Shown here piece after piece: positions 56,606 through 64,000 of a stretch of DNA of 64,000 nucleotides (position 1 is the stretch's first letter; every line of letters begins with the position of its first letter). This DNA comes from an uncultured Candidatus Saccharibacteria bacterium (lineage in GTDB: Bacteria; Patescibacteriota; Dojkabacteria; SC72). The position numbers and the translations under genes were made by a program. Under the pieces are notes generated by a model. That model was given only the letters and a program-made list of their open reading frames with translations, did not search any database and was not told where the DNA came from. Location: NCBI GenBank assembly GCA_964610125.1, contig CAZSUV010000001.1, positions 184,035 to 248,034 of the forward strand, written 5' to 3'.

Positions 56606-57181
56606 ATGGTTGAATATACAGAATTAAAAAACATATCAAGAATCATTTCGGGATACACGTTTAGAAATGCTGTTATTCATACTCCAACTGGAAGCTACCC
56701 AGTTGTACAATCCAAAAATCTTACAAAAGGCCTGTATATAAATGAGAAGGCGTTATCTTTTGTTAATTTGGATAACGTTAATACTAAAGCTATAGCAGAA
56801 GACGGTGATGTTGTAATAAGCGCAAGGGGAAAGTCTATCGCAGCTGTAGTTAAATCAGAAAGAAAGCTAGTGGTTTCATCATCTTTGTATCTTGCAAGAG
56901 TTAATAGCAATCTTATGCTACCCGAATTTTTGGCCTTGTATCTAAATTCTCCTGCAGGACAAATGGATTTGCAAAAACGAGCTACAGGAGCAACAATTAA
57001 GACAATTCTTAAAGGAGCTCTTGAGAATATAGAAATTCCAAGATTGCCTCTTAAGAAACAGGAAATAATAGTAAAAATGTATCTAAACATGGAAAAGCAA
57101 TCTAAATTACTTGAAAGATGGCAAGAGATAAATAATAGATTTTTTGAAATTACCTTAAATAAGGTTATAAATAATTTTTAA
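56606..57181 (+). CDS. hsdS: Half-size type I RM specificity-subunit-like protein (single TRD)
   Basis: GDVVISARG, PEFLALYLNS, GAT and IEIPRLPLKKQEII motifs followed by one coiled-coil helix. Confidence 0.8.
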   Translation: MVEYTELKNISRIISGYTFRNAVIHTPTGSYPVVQSKNLTKGLYINEKALSFVNLDNVNTKAIAEDGDVVISARGKSIAAVVKSERKLVVSSSLYLARVNSNLMLPEFLALYLNSPAGQMDLQKRATGATIKTILKGALENIEIPRLPLKKQEIIVKMYLNMEKQSKLLERWQEINNRFFEITLNKVINNF

Positions 57182-57193
57182 TTAGGGATAACA

Positions 57194-58714
57194 ATGTCTG
57201 ATTCTATAAGAAAATACACACAGCAAGAGTTAAACAAGGTGCTTTGGTCAGCTGCAGATTCTTCTCGAACAACTGTTGATGCTGGTGTATACAAAGACTA
57301 TGTTTTGGTAATGCTTTTCTTTAAATACTTGAGCGACTTGTCTAAGAAACAAGAGAATAAATATAAAGAAAGATTTGGGAATGATACTGCTAGGATAGAA
57401 GAAAAAATGAAAGCAGATAGGTTTTATCTCCCTAAAAATTCTTCATTTGATTACATATATAGTATTGCGGAGCATGACAATATAGGTGAAGAGTTAAACA
57501 AGGTTTTAAATAGAATCGAGGACACAAACAAAAACAAATTAGGGGGTATTTTCAGTACTGTAGATTTTAACTCTGAAGCTATTCTTGGAAAATTAGAAGA
57601 AAGATCTAAGATGATCAGGAATTTAATATATGATTTTCAAAAGATAGATCTTTCAGAAGTAGATGATGATCTTGTTGGAAATTCATATATGTACATGATT
57701 GAGCAATTTGGTGCTGACGCAGGAAAGAAAGCTGGGGAGTTCTTCAGTCCAACACCAGTGGCAAGTCTTGTAGCAAAATTAGCTCAGCCAAAGGATGGAG
57801 ATAGAATTGCGGATGGAGCATGTGGGTCTTGTAACCTTTTGATATTAACTGGAAAAGAAGTTGAATCTCAAGGTTCTAAGAACTATGCGTTGTATGGTCA
57901 AGAATCAAAAGGTAGTACATATCAGTTAGCAAGAATGAATCTTTTCCTTCATGGAAAAGACTCTGCACGTATTGAATGGGGTGACACATTGAACAATCCT
58001 TTGTTAGTAGAGAACGATAAGTTAATGAAATTTGATGTAGTTGTTGAAAATCCGCCTTTTTCTTTAAAGAAGTGGGGTGCAGAGAATGTAGACAAGGATA
58101 GATATAATCGATTCTTTAGAGGTATTCCTCCTAAGGATAAGGGTGATTATGCGTTTCTTTCCCATACTGTAGAAACTTTGAAACCTAAATCAGGTAGAGC
58201 TGCCGTCATAGTCCCTCATGGTGTGCTTTTTAGAGGTGGTACTGAGGGAAAGATAAGAGAAGCGTTCTTAAGAGAAAATATCATTGATGCTGTTATTGGT
58301 CTTCCTGCTGGCCTATTCCAAACTACTGGTATTCCTGTAGCTATTTTAATCATCGACAGATCTAGAGAAGAAGGTGGAAAGAACCAGGATAGAAAAGATG
58401 TTCTCTTCATTGAAGCATCTAAAGAATTTAAGGCTGGAAAAGCGCAGAATACTCTCTCTGAGGAAAATATTAACAAGATATATGATACCTATGCTAATAG
58501 GAAGGAGACAGATAAATTTTCTAGAAATGTAGGCTTTGATGAAATCAAAGAGAATGATTTCAATCTCAATATCACTAGATATGTTGATACTTTTGTAGAG
58601 GAAGAACCTATTGATATACAAGCCAATATTAAAGAACTAGAAAAGATAGAACCTGAATTAAAGAAATTAGAAGAAGAAATGAAGGAATATTTAAAGGAGT
58701 TAGGGATTAATTAA
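57194..58714 (+). CDS. hsdM: Type I RM N6-adenine methyltransferase subunit
   Basis: LWSAAD, GEFFSP, DGACGS, NPPF, PHGVLFRG and NLNITRYV motifs. Confidence 0.96.
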   Translation: MSDSIRKYTQQELNKVLWSAADSSRTTVDAGVYKDYVLVMLFFKYLSDLSKKQENKYKERFGNDTARIEEKMKADRFYLPKNSSFDYIYSIAEHDNIGEELNKVLNRIEDTNKNKLGGIFSTVDFNSEAILGKLEERSKMIRNLIYDFQKIDLSEVDDDLVGNSYMYMIEQFGADAGKKAGEFFSPTPVASLVAKLAQPKDGDRIADGACGSCNLLILTGKEVESQGSKNYALYGQESKGSTYQLARMNLFLHGKDSARIEWGDTLNNPLLVENDKLMKFDVVVENPPFSLKKWGAENVDKDRYNRFFRGIPPKDKGDYAFLSHTVETLKPKSGRAAVIVPHGVLFRGGTEGKIREAFLRENIIDAVIGLPAGLFQTTGIPVAILIIDRSREEGGKNQDRKDVLFIEASKEFKAGKAQNTLSEENINKIYDTYANRKETDKFSRNVGFDEIKENDFNLNITRYVDTFVEEEPIDIQANIKELEKIEPELKKLEEEMKEYLKELGIN

Positions 58715-58735
58715 ATTGGTAGTAGTATATGTAGA

Positions 58736-59866
58736 ATGAATGAAAATGATTCGAAGATGTTTAAATATCCTCAAAAAGATCTCGCTGAGGCTCTGATGAA
58801 AATACCTTCTCTAAAAGGTATGGAAGTTTTTAGTACGACAGAAAAGGATATATTGGAAAATAAAAAAGTAGGAAGAATATATGTTGCAGATTTCCCAAAA
58901 GAAACAGGGAAATATATTTCTGTATCTGAATATGAGGATTACACTGGGCAGGACTTGGATTTGAAAATTTCTTCAAAAATTAATTTGCGAATAACATATA
59001 TTACAAATGAGGATAAAATCACAGGGGTTGAAATATCCAAACTTTATAAGGGAAAGCTCGATAGGATTAATCTTACAACGTTGTCTTTTAACAGAATTAT
59101 GCAACTTTTGTATATATTTTCGACTCTTGACATTAAATCCGTAGCTAACAAATCTCTCATATTAGATAAGTCTATTGTTGGAGATTCTGATCAGTTAATG
59201 AATTTCCTAGAGCTAGTAGTTAAAGATCCTATAGGCAGAGAGAAAATTTCTGAAGTTGTAAAGAATTATGATCTTATTAAGAAGGGAGACATTGATGATC
59301 TTGTAGATCGAAAATCTGCAGTAGAACTTTTTGAAAAAATACTAAACTCGGAGGCTGAATTTAATAAATATAAATTAGAAATCGGTGTTAAGAAAAATGA
59401 ACAAGTTTGGGAAGATTTCTTTAAACAAAATGATTGGATACTAGGTTCTGAATATGTAGAGATTTTAGATCAAAGGAATATTGATGAAGATGATATCACA
59501 GATTATCTTTTGAAATCATTTGATGGATTTGTTGATATTATTGAGCTTAAGTTACATACTGCTCCATTTTGGACGACTGAAATGAATCCAACCGCGGAGC
59601 TTACATCTGCTACTATGCAGTGTATAAAGTACATATTTGAAATAGAAAAAAAATTGGATTCAATTGAATTCAAAGAGAAATTACAAAGTGCTTCCTTGGT
59701 AAAGCCTAAAATCACATTAATTTATGGAAGAAGCAAGGATTGGTCTTTAACAGAAAAGGAGATGTATAGAGTTTTAAATTCAAGTTACAATAATATTAGT
59801 ATCTTAACCTTCGATTATGTCTTAGAAAGAGCAAAAAGAATTGCAGGAGTGGAACTTATAAATTAA
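58736..59866 (+). CDS. sduA: Shedu-type (DUF4263) anti-phage nuclease with uncharacterised N-terminal domain
   Basis: EQVWEDFFKQNDWILG, TDYLL...IIELK, ELTSATMQCIKY (QxxxY), IYGR and LTFDYVLERA match the Shedu PD-(D/E)xK core. Confidence 0.82.
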   Translation: MNENDSKMFKYPQKDLAEALMKIPSLKGMEVFSTTEKDILENKKVGRIYVADFPKETGKYISVSEYEDYTGQDLDLKISSKINLRITYITNEDKITGVEISKLYKGKLDRINLTTLSFNRIMQLLYIFSTLDIKSVANKSLILDKSIVGDSDQLMNFLELVVKDPIGREKISEVVKNYDLIKKGDIDDLVDRKSAVELFEKILNSEAEFNKYKLEIGVKKNEQVWEDFFKQNDWILGSEYVEILDQRNIDEDDITDYLLKSFDGFVDIIELKLHTAPFWTTEMNPTAELTSATMQCIKYIFEIEKKLDSIEFKEKLQSASLVKPKITLIYGRSKDWSLTEKEMYRVLNSSYNNISILTFDYVLERAKRIAGVELIN

Positions 59867-59879
59867 TGGTGGAGAAAAT

Positions 59880-61166
59880 ATGACGAAAACAAATGAAGAG
59901 TATAAAAATAAGTGGAGAAATATAAAACTTCAGAAATTAGGAACTACATATTCTGGCTTAGCTGGGAAGAAGAAGGATGACTTTAATACAGGAGAATCAA
60001 AATTCATATCTTATATGAATATATATTTAAACCCAAGTCTCAAAGGGGAAGCTTTATTAAATGTAAGAATCAAAGATGGAGAAAAACAGAACAAAGTGAA
60101 ATATGGCGATTTGTTCTTTACAACATCTTCCGAAACTCCTGATGAAGTGGGAATATCTTCTGTATTGCTTGAGAATCTGGAATGTGATGCTTACTTAAAT
60201 AGTTTTTGTTTTGGTTTTAGATTGTACGATTTCAATACCATTGATCCAAACTTTGCAAAGTATTATTTTAGGGGACAGTCGTTCCGAAAACAGATGTTTA
60301 GAATTGCACAGGGGGCAACAAGATTCAACCTCTCGAAGAAATATTTTATGGATACAAAAATACAAATTCCAACAACAATTAACGAACAAAAACGTATTGT
60401 ATCTATATTGGAGACATATGATAGCTATATAAATATATTGGGAGAAAAGATTGATATAAAAAAGAAAATTAATAAATATTTGAGACAAATACTGTTAACA
60501 GGAGAAAAGAGAATGAGTGGATTTCCTGATGAATGGAAAAATATAAAACTTCAAAAGTTGGGTACCACATATTCAGGATTAACTGGAAAAAACAAAGAGG
60601 ATTTTAATACTGGTGAATCAAAGTTCATTTCATATATGAATATATATTTAAATCCAAGTCTCAAAAAGGAAGCTTTGTTGAATGTAAAGATTAAAGATGG
60701 AGAAAAACAAAATAAAATTCAATATGGAGACTTATTTTTTACAACTTCTTCTGAAACTCCAGATGAAGTAGGAATATCTTCTGTTCTTCTTGAAGATTTT
60801 GGTTGTGATGCTTACTTGAATAGCTTCTGTTTTGGTTTTAGACTTCATGATTTCAAAACAATCGATCCAAACTTCGCAAAGCATTATTTTAGGGGACAAT
60901 CATTTAGAAAACAGATGTTTAGAATTGCTCAAGGGGCAACTAGATTCAATCTCTCTAAGAAATATTTCATGGATACTGAGATACATATCCCAAGTTCTAT
61001 TGCAGAACAACAAGACATAGCTTCAATTCTTTCTTCTGCAGATAAAGAGATCGAAGGCTTAGAAACTAAAAAGAAATTAGTAGAACAACAAAGAAAATAT
61101 CTCTTAAATAATCTAATAACAGGAAATATAAGAGTTCCTGGAACAATAGGTAATAATTTAAACTAA
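59880..61166 (+). CDS. hsdS: Type I RM specificity subunit with two near-identical TRDs
   Basis: TRD-helix-TRD-helix layout; EQKRIVSIL and EQQDIASIL; LLTG and LITG. Confidence 0.93.
   Translation: MTKTNEEYKNKWRNIKLQKLGTTYSGLAGKKKDDFNTGESKFISYMNIYLNPSLKGEALLNVRIKDGEKQNKVKYGDLFFTTSSETPDEVGISSVLLENLECDAYLNSFCFGFRLYDFNTIDPNFAKYYFRGQSFRKQMFRIAQGATRFNLSKKYFMDTKIQIPTTINEQKRIVSILETYDSYINILGEKIDIKKKINKYLRQILLTGEKRMSGFPDEWKNIKLQKLGTTYSGLTGKNKEDFNTGESKFISYMNIYLNPSLKKEALLNVKIKDGEKQNKIQYGDLFFTTSSETPDEVGISSVLLEDFGCDAYLNSFCFGFRLHDFKTIDPNFAKHYFRGQSFRKQMFRIAQGATRFNLSKKYFMDTEIHIPSSIAEQQDIASILSSADKEIEGLETKKKLVEQQRKYLLNNLITGNIRVPGTIGNNLN
59913..60992 (+). repeat. Intragenic direct repeat: 59913-60371 and 60534-60992 (621-bp offset)
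   Basis: Manual alignment gives 137/153 identical residues with many synonymous changes. Confidence 0.9.
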
Positions 61167-61172
61167 AAGAAT

Positions 61173-64000
61173 ATGGATACACTAAACTTTGATGAGGCAA
61201 AACAATCACAACTACCATTGGTAGAAGTACTCATAAACATGGGATATAGATATATACCATGTGATGAAGTAATGAAAGAAAGAAGAGGCGATACAAGCAA
61301 GTTCATACTAAAAGACACGGCATTTAGAAAGTTCTCAGAGATTAACGGTTATGAATGTAATGGACAACAATACAAATTCTCTGAAGCCGAAGTGATGGAA
61401 GTTATAGATGAGCTTGAGAATATCCCATTTGAGGGGCTCATCGACACTTCTAAGAAGGTATATGGAATGATTATGCCAACAACGGGTGGGAAGACAATAC
61501 GTGTGTTTTGTGATGGTAAGTATGACTCAAAAAGTTTTAAATACATTGATTTTGAGAATATTGAGAACAATGACTTTGCAGTTACTGTAGAATTTGAGGC
61601 CACAGGAAAAGGGCCAATAAGACCTGACATTGTAGTCTTTGTTAATGGTATCCCATTCTCTATCATTGAAAACAAGAAATCTTCAGAACCAATAGAAAAG
61701 GCATTAAGTCAGCAAAATCGTAATCAGCAAGCAGACTATTGCCCAAAACTTTTTGTATATCCTCAACTATTGATTGGAGCAAATAAAATAGATCTAAGAT
61801 ATGGGACAACAGGAACTCCAAACAAATTCTATGCCAAGTGGAAAGAAAGAGAACTTATAGAGGAAGAATGGAAATACAGAGAAACATTCAAGCAAAAAAT
61901 TGAACAGAAGACAAAAGAAATAATCTCAAAGAAAATCGATACCGAAGTATATCAAAAGATCTTGGCAAATCTAAAGGCAAGCAAGAACTATATTCAAGAT
62001 TTAGATAGAACAGTAAGCGAGCAGGATATCGCAACTGTTGGTCTATTAAGCAAAGAAAGATTGTTAGATATATCAAAGAACTATATCCTGTATGATGCTG
62101 GAATTAAGAAGGTTCTCAGATATCAGCAAATCTTTGCTATTAAGAAGTTGATGAAAAGAATAGAGCAAAGAAGAATTATAGAGACAGGAGAAAAAAGAGA
62201 AGGCGGAATTCTATGGCAAACTCAGGGATCAGGGAAGTCCTTAACAATGGTGATGTTCGTTAAAGCTCTAATAGAAAATCCTGAAATACAGAATCCTAGA
62301 GTACTGATTGTAACGGATCGAAGAGATTTAGATAGACAGATCAAGGGAACCTTTAACGATGCAGGTCTAAAGAAGAATGTAATACAAGCTAAAAGTGGTG
62401 AACATTTATTCAATTTGATTAAGGAAAAGAATTTGAGTGTTATTACTACTTTGGTACAAAAATTTGAGTCTGCAAGTAAGCATCGGGCGAATTTCGTAGA
62501 CAAAGATGAGAACATTTTTGTTCTTATTGACGAAGCTCACCGTACTCAGGGAGGTCAAGCAAATATCGAGATGAATAGAACTATCCCAAATGCTTGCTAT
62601 ATTGCATTTACTGGAACTCCGCTTTTAAAAAATGATACTTCAGTCAAGAAATTTGGGAATTTTGTAGATAGATATACGATAGATGATGGATTGGAAGATG
62701 GAATTATTTTACCTTTAATATATGAGGGTAGGTATGTTCCCATTGTTCAAGATAAAGAAGAAATTGATAGACAAGTTGCAAGAATTTTCTCAGATCTTAC
62801 AAAAGAACAAATACAGAAATTACAGGATGGCCTAAGAAAAGAGATAATTCAAGATAATCCTCAGAGAATTGCCGAAATACAATATGATATTGAGCAACAT
62901 TATATTAGTAATTTCCAAGGATCAGGATTAAAAGCCCAACTTGTAGCTCCTTCAAAATACTCTGCAATTCTTTTCCAAAAATATTTTAAGTTAAATGAAG
63001 TCGTTAATACGGCAATTGTGATTTCTGATGAAAATGGAATTATTGAAGATGAAAATGAACACAAAAAAGAAGTGGATGAGTACTTAAAAGAGATCAAAGA
63101 TAATTATCAGAGTTTACTATCGTACGAAAAGGATGTAATAGAAAGTTTCAAAAATAATGAGGAAGGAATTGAGATATTAATAGTTGTAGATAAACTTTTG
63201 ACAGGCTTTGATGCCCCAAGAAATACTGTATTGTATCTAACAAAAGAGCTAAGAGACCATAACTTACTTCAAGCTATAGCTAGGGTAAACAGGTTATTTG
63301 ATAACGATACGTTGCCTAAAACAGCTGGATATATTATTGACTATTCGGAAAATGCGAAGAATCTTAAATCTGCAATGGAATTATTTGGAAATTTTGATGT
63401 AGATGATGTTAAAAGCACCTTGATAGATGTGGATGAAAAAATACAAGAATTGGAGACCTCCTATGCCATTTTGCATGATCATTTTAATGGAGTTCGCAGA
63501 GATGATGAAGCATATTTACAATCATTGGCAGATGAAGCAACAAGAAAAGAATTTTATGAAGCATTAAATTCCTTTATGCGAAATCTTAGCGAATGTATGA
63601 TTTTGCAGGACTTTGCTGTTAAGTTTAATGATCTAGATTTATATAGAAACGAATTAAAGAAATTTCTCAATTTGAGAAAAACAGCTAGTGTAAAGTATGC
63701 TGATGATGAGTACGTTGATTTCCAAAAATACAAATATTCATTAACAAAGATTATCGATAAAAATATTAAGGCTCAAGAAGCGGAGATACTTACGAGACAA
63801 GTTTCCATCAATGATAAGGAATTGTTTAATGAAATTCTTGATGAGATGGGGTCAGATAAGTCTAGAGCAGAAGCAATTACTTCACAGATACAGAAGACAG
63901 CAAATGAAAAAATGGGCGAAGACCCTGTCTTCTATAAGAAATTTTCGCAAAAGATTGAAAAATTAATTGAAGATATGAGACAAAATAAGCTTTCAGATAT
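61173..64000 (+). CDS. hsdR: Type I RM restriction subunit, 3' end outside the window (absent from the ORF track)
   Basis: Manual translation from ATG 61173 (MDTLNFDEAKQSQLP): RPDIVVFVNGIP..IENK, QGSGKSLTM, DEAHR, FTGTP, LLTGFDAP and QAIARVNR motifs. Confidence 0.96.
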   Translation, partial: MDTLNFDEAKQSQLPLVEVLINMGYRYIPCDEVMKERRGDTSKFILKDTAFRKFSEINGYECNGQQYKFSEAEVMEVIDELENIPFEGLIDTSKKVYGMIMPTTGGKTIRVFCDGKYDSKSFKYIDFENIENNDFAVTVEFEATGKGPIRPDIVVFVNGIPFSIIENKKSSEPIEKALSQQNRNQQADYCPKLFVYPQLLIGANKIDLRYGTTGTPNKFYAKWKERELIEEEWKYRETFKQKIEQKTKEIISKKIDTEVYQKILANLKASKNYIQDLDRTVSEQDIATVGLLSKERLLDISKNYILYDAGIKKVLRYQQIFAIKKLMKRIEQRRIIETGEKREGGILWQTQGSGKSLTMVMFVKALIENPEIQNPRVLIVTDRRDLDRQIKGTFNDAGLKKNVIQAKSGEHLFNLIKEKNLSVITTLVQKFESASKHRANFVDKDENIFVLIDEAHRTQGGQANIEMNRTIPNACYIAFTGTPLLKNDTSVKKFGNFVDRYTIDDGLEDGIILPLIYEGRYVPIVQDKEEIDRQVARIFSDLTKEQIQKLQDGLRKEIIQDNPQRIAEIQYDIEQHYISNFQGSGLKAQLVAPSKYSAILFQKYFKLNEVVNTAIVISDENGIIEDENEHKKEVDEYLKEIKDNYQSLLSYEKDVIESFKNNEEGIEILIVVDKLLTGFDAPRNTVLYLTKELRDHNLLQAIARVNRLFDNDTLPKTAGYIIDYSENAKNLKSAMELFGNFDVDDVKSTLIDVDEKIQELETSYAILHDHFNGVRRDDEAYLQSLADEATRKEFYEALNSFMRNLSECMILQDFAVKFNDLDLYRNELKKFLNLRKTASVKYADDEYVDFQKYKYSLTKIIDKNIKAQEAEILTRQVSINDKELFNEILDEMGSDKSRAEAITSQIQKTANEKMGEDPVFYKKFSQKIEKLIEDMRQNKLSD

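Noticed and set aside
61349-63097. Minus-strand ORFs listed in the track over the last 3 kb
   Set aside because: Antisense shadows of hsdR, which the track missed because its stop codon lies outside the window.
1-64000. Alternative genetic code (TGA recoding), frameshifted pseudogenes or introns
   Set aside because: Conserved genes are full length under code 11 and coding density is high; no interrupted genes were seen.

Overview
AT-rich bacterial window in the standard genetic code. Compact gene packing, mostly leaderless or SD-less genes, bacterial Elp3 and a giant DUF2341 surface protein suggest a Patescibacteria/CPR genome, possibly Dojkabacteria; this is inference, as no marker gene was placed. 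Layout: surface-glycan locus (1-14.8 kb); ABC exporter, M23 peptidase, secA, glycosyltransferases, recO and an Ig/FN3 membrane protein (14.8-29.4 kb); tRNA-Lys(CTT), ASCH-elp3, ndk, UDG, deacetylase, flavoprotein and a 1732-aa surface protein (29.4-41.2 kb); a structured 440-bp intergenic region, a two-component/ABC operon and a copper locus (41.2-51.5 kb); small metabolic genes plus two orphan genes (51.5-56.5 kb); and a type I restriction-modification locus (half-size hsdS, hsdM, Shedu-type nuclease, hsdS with two near-identical TRDs, hsdR running off the end). Best candidates for undescribed biology: (1) two unrelated orphan genes sharing one architecture of -10, 6 nt, boxA-like motif, a 5'/3' inverted repeat enclosing the whole CDS, a strong SD and a 3' hairpin; (2) a surface protein with three phage-tail-fibre-like HxH repeats and an inserted Gly-rich domain; (3) a ~320-nt candidate ncRNA with crossing long-range helices; (4) Shedu nested in a type I RM operon. 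All family calls come from motif recognition by eye, with no database searches.
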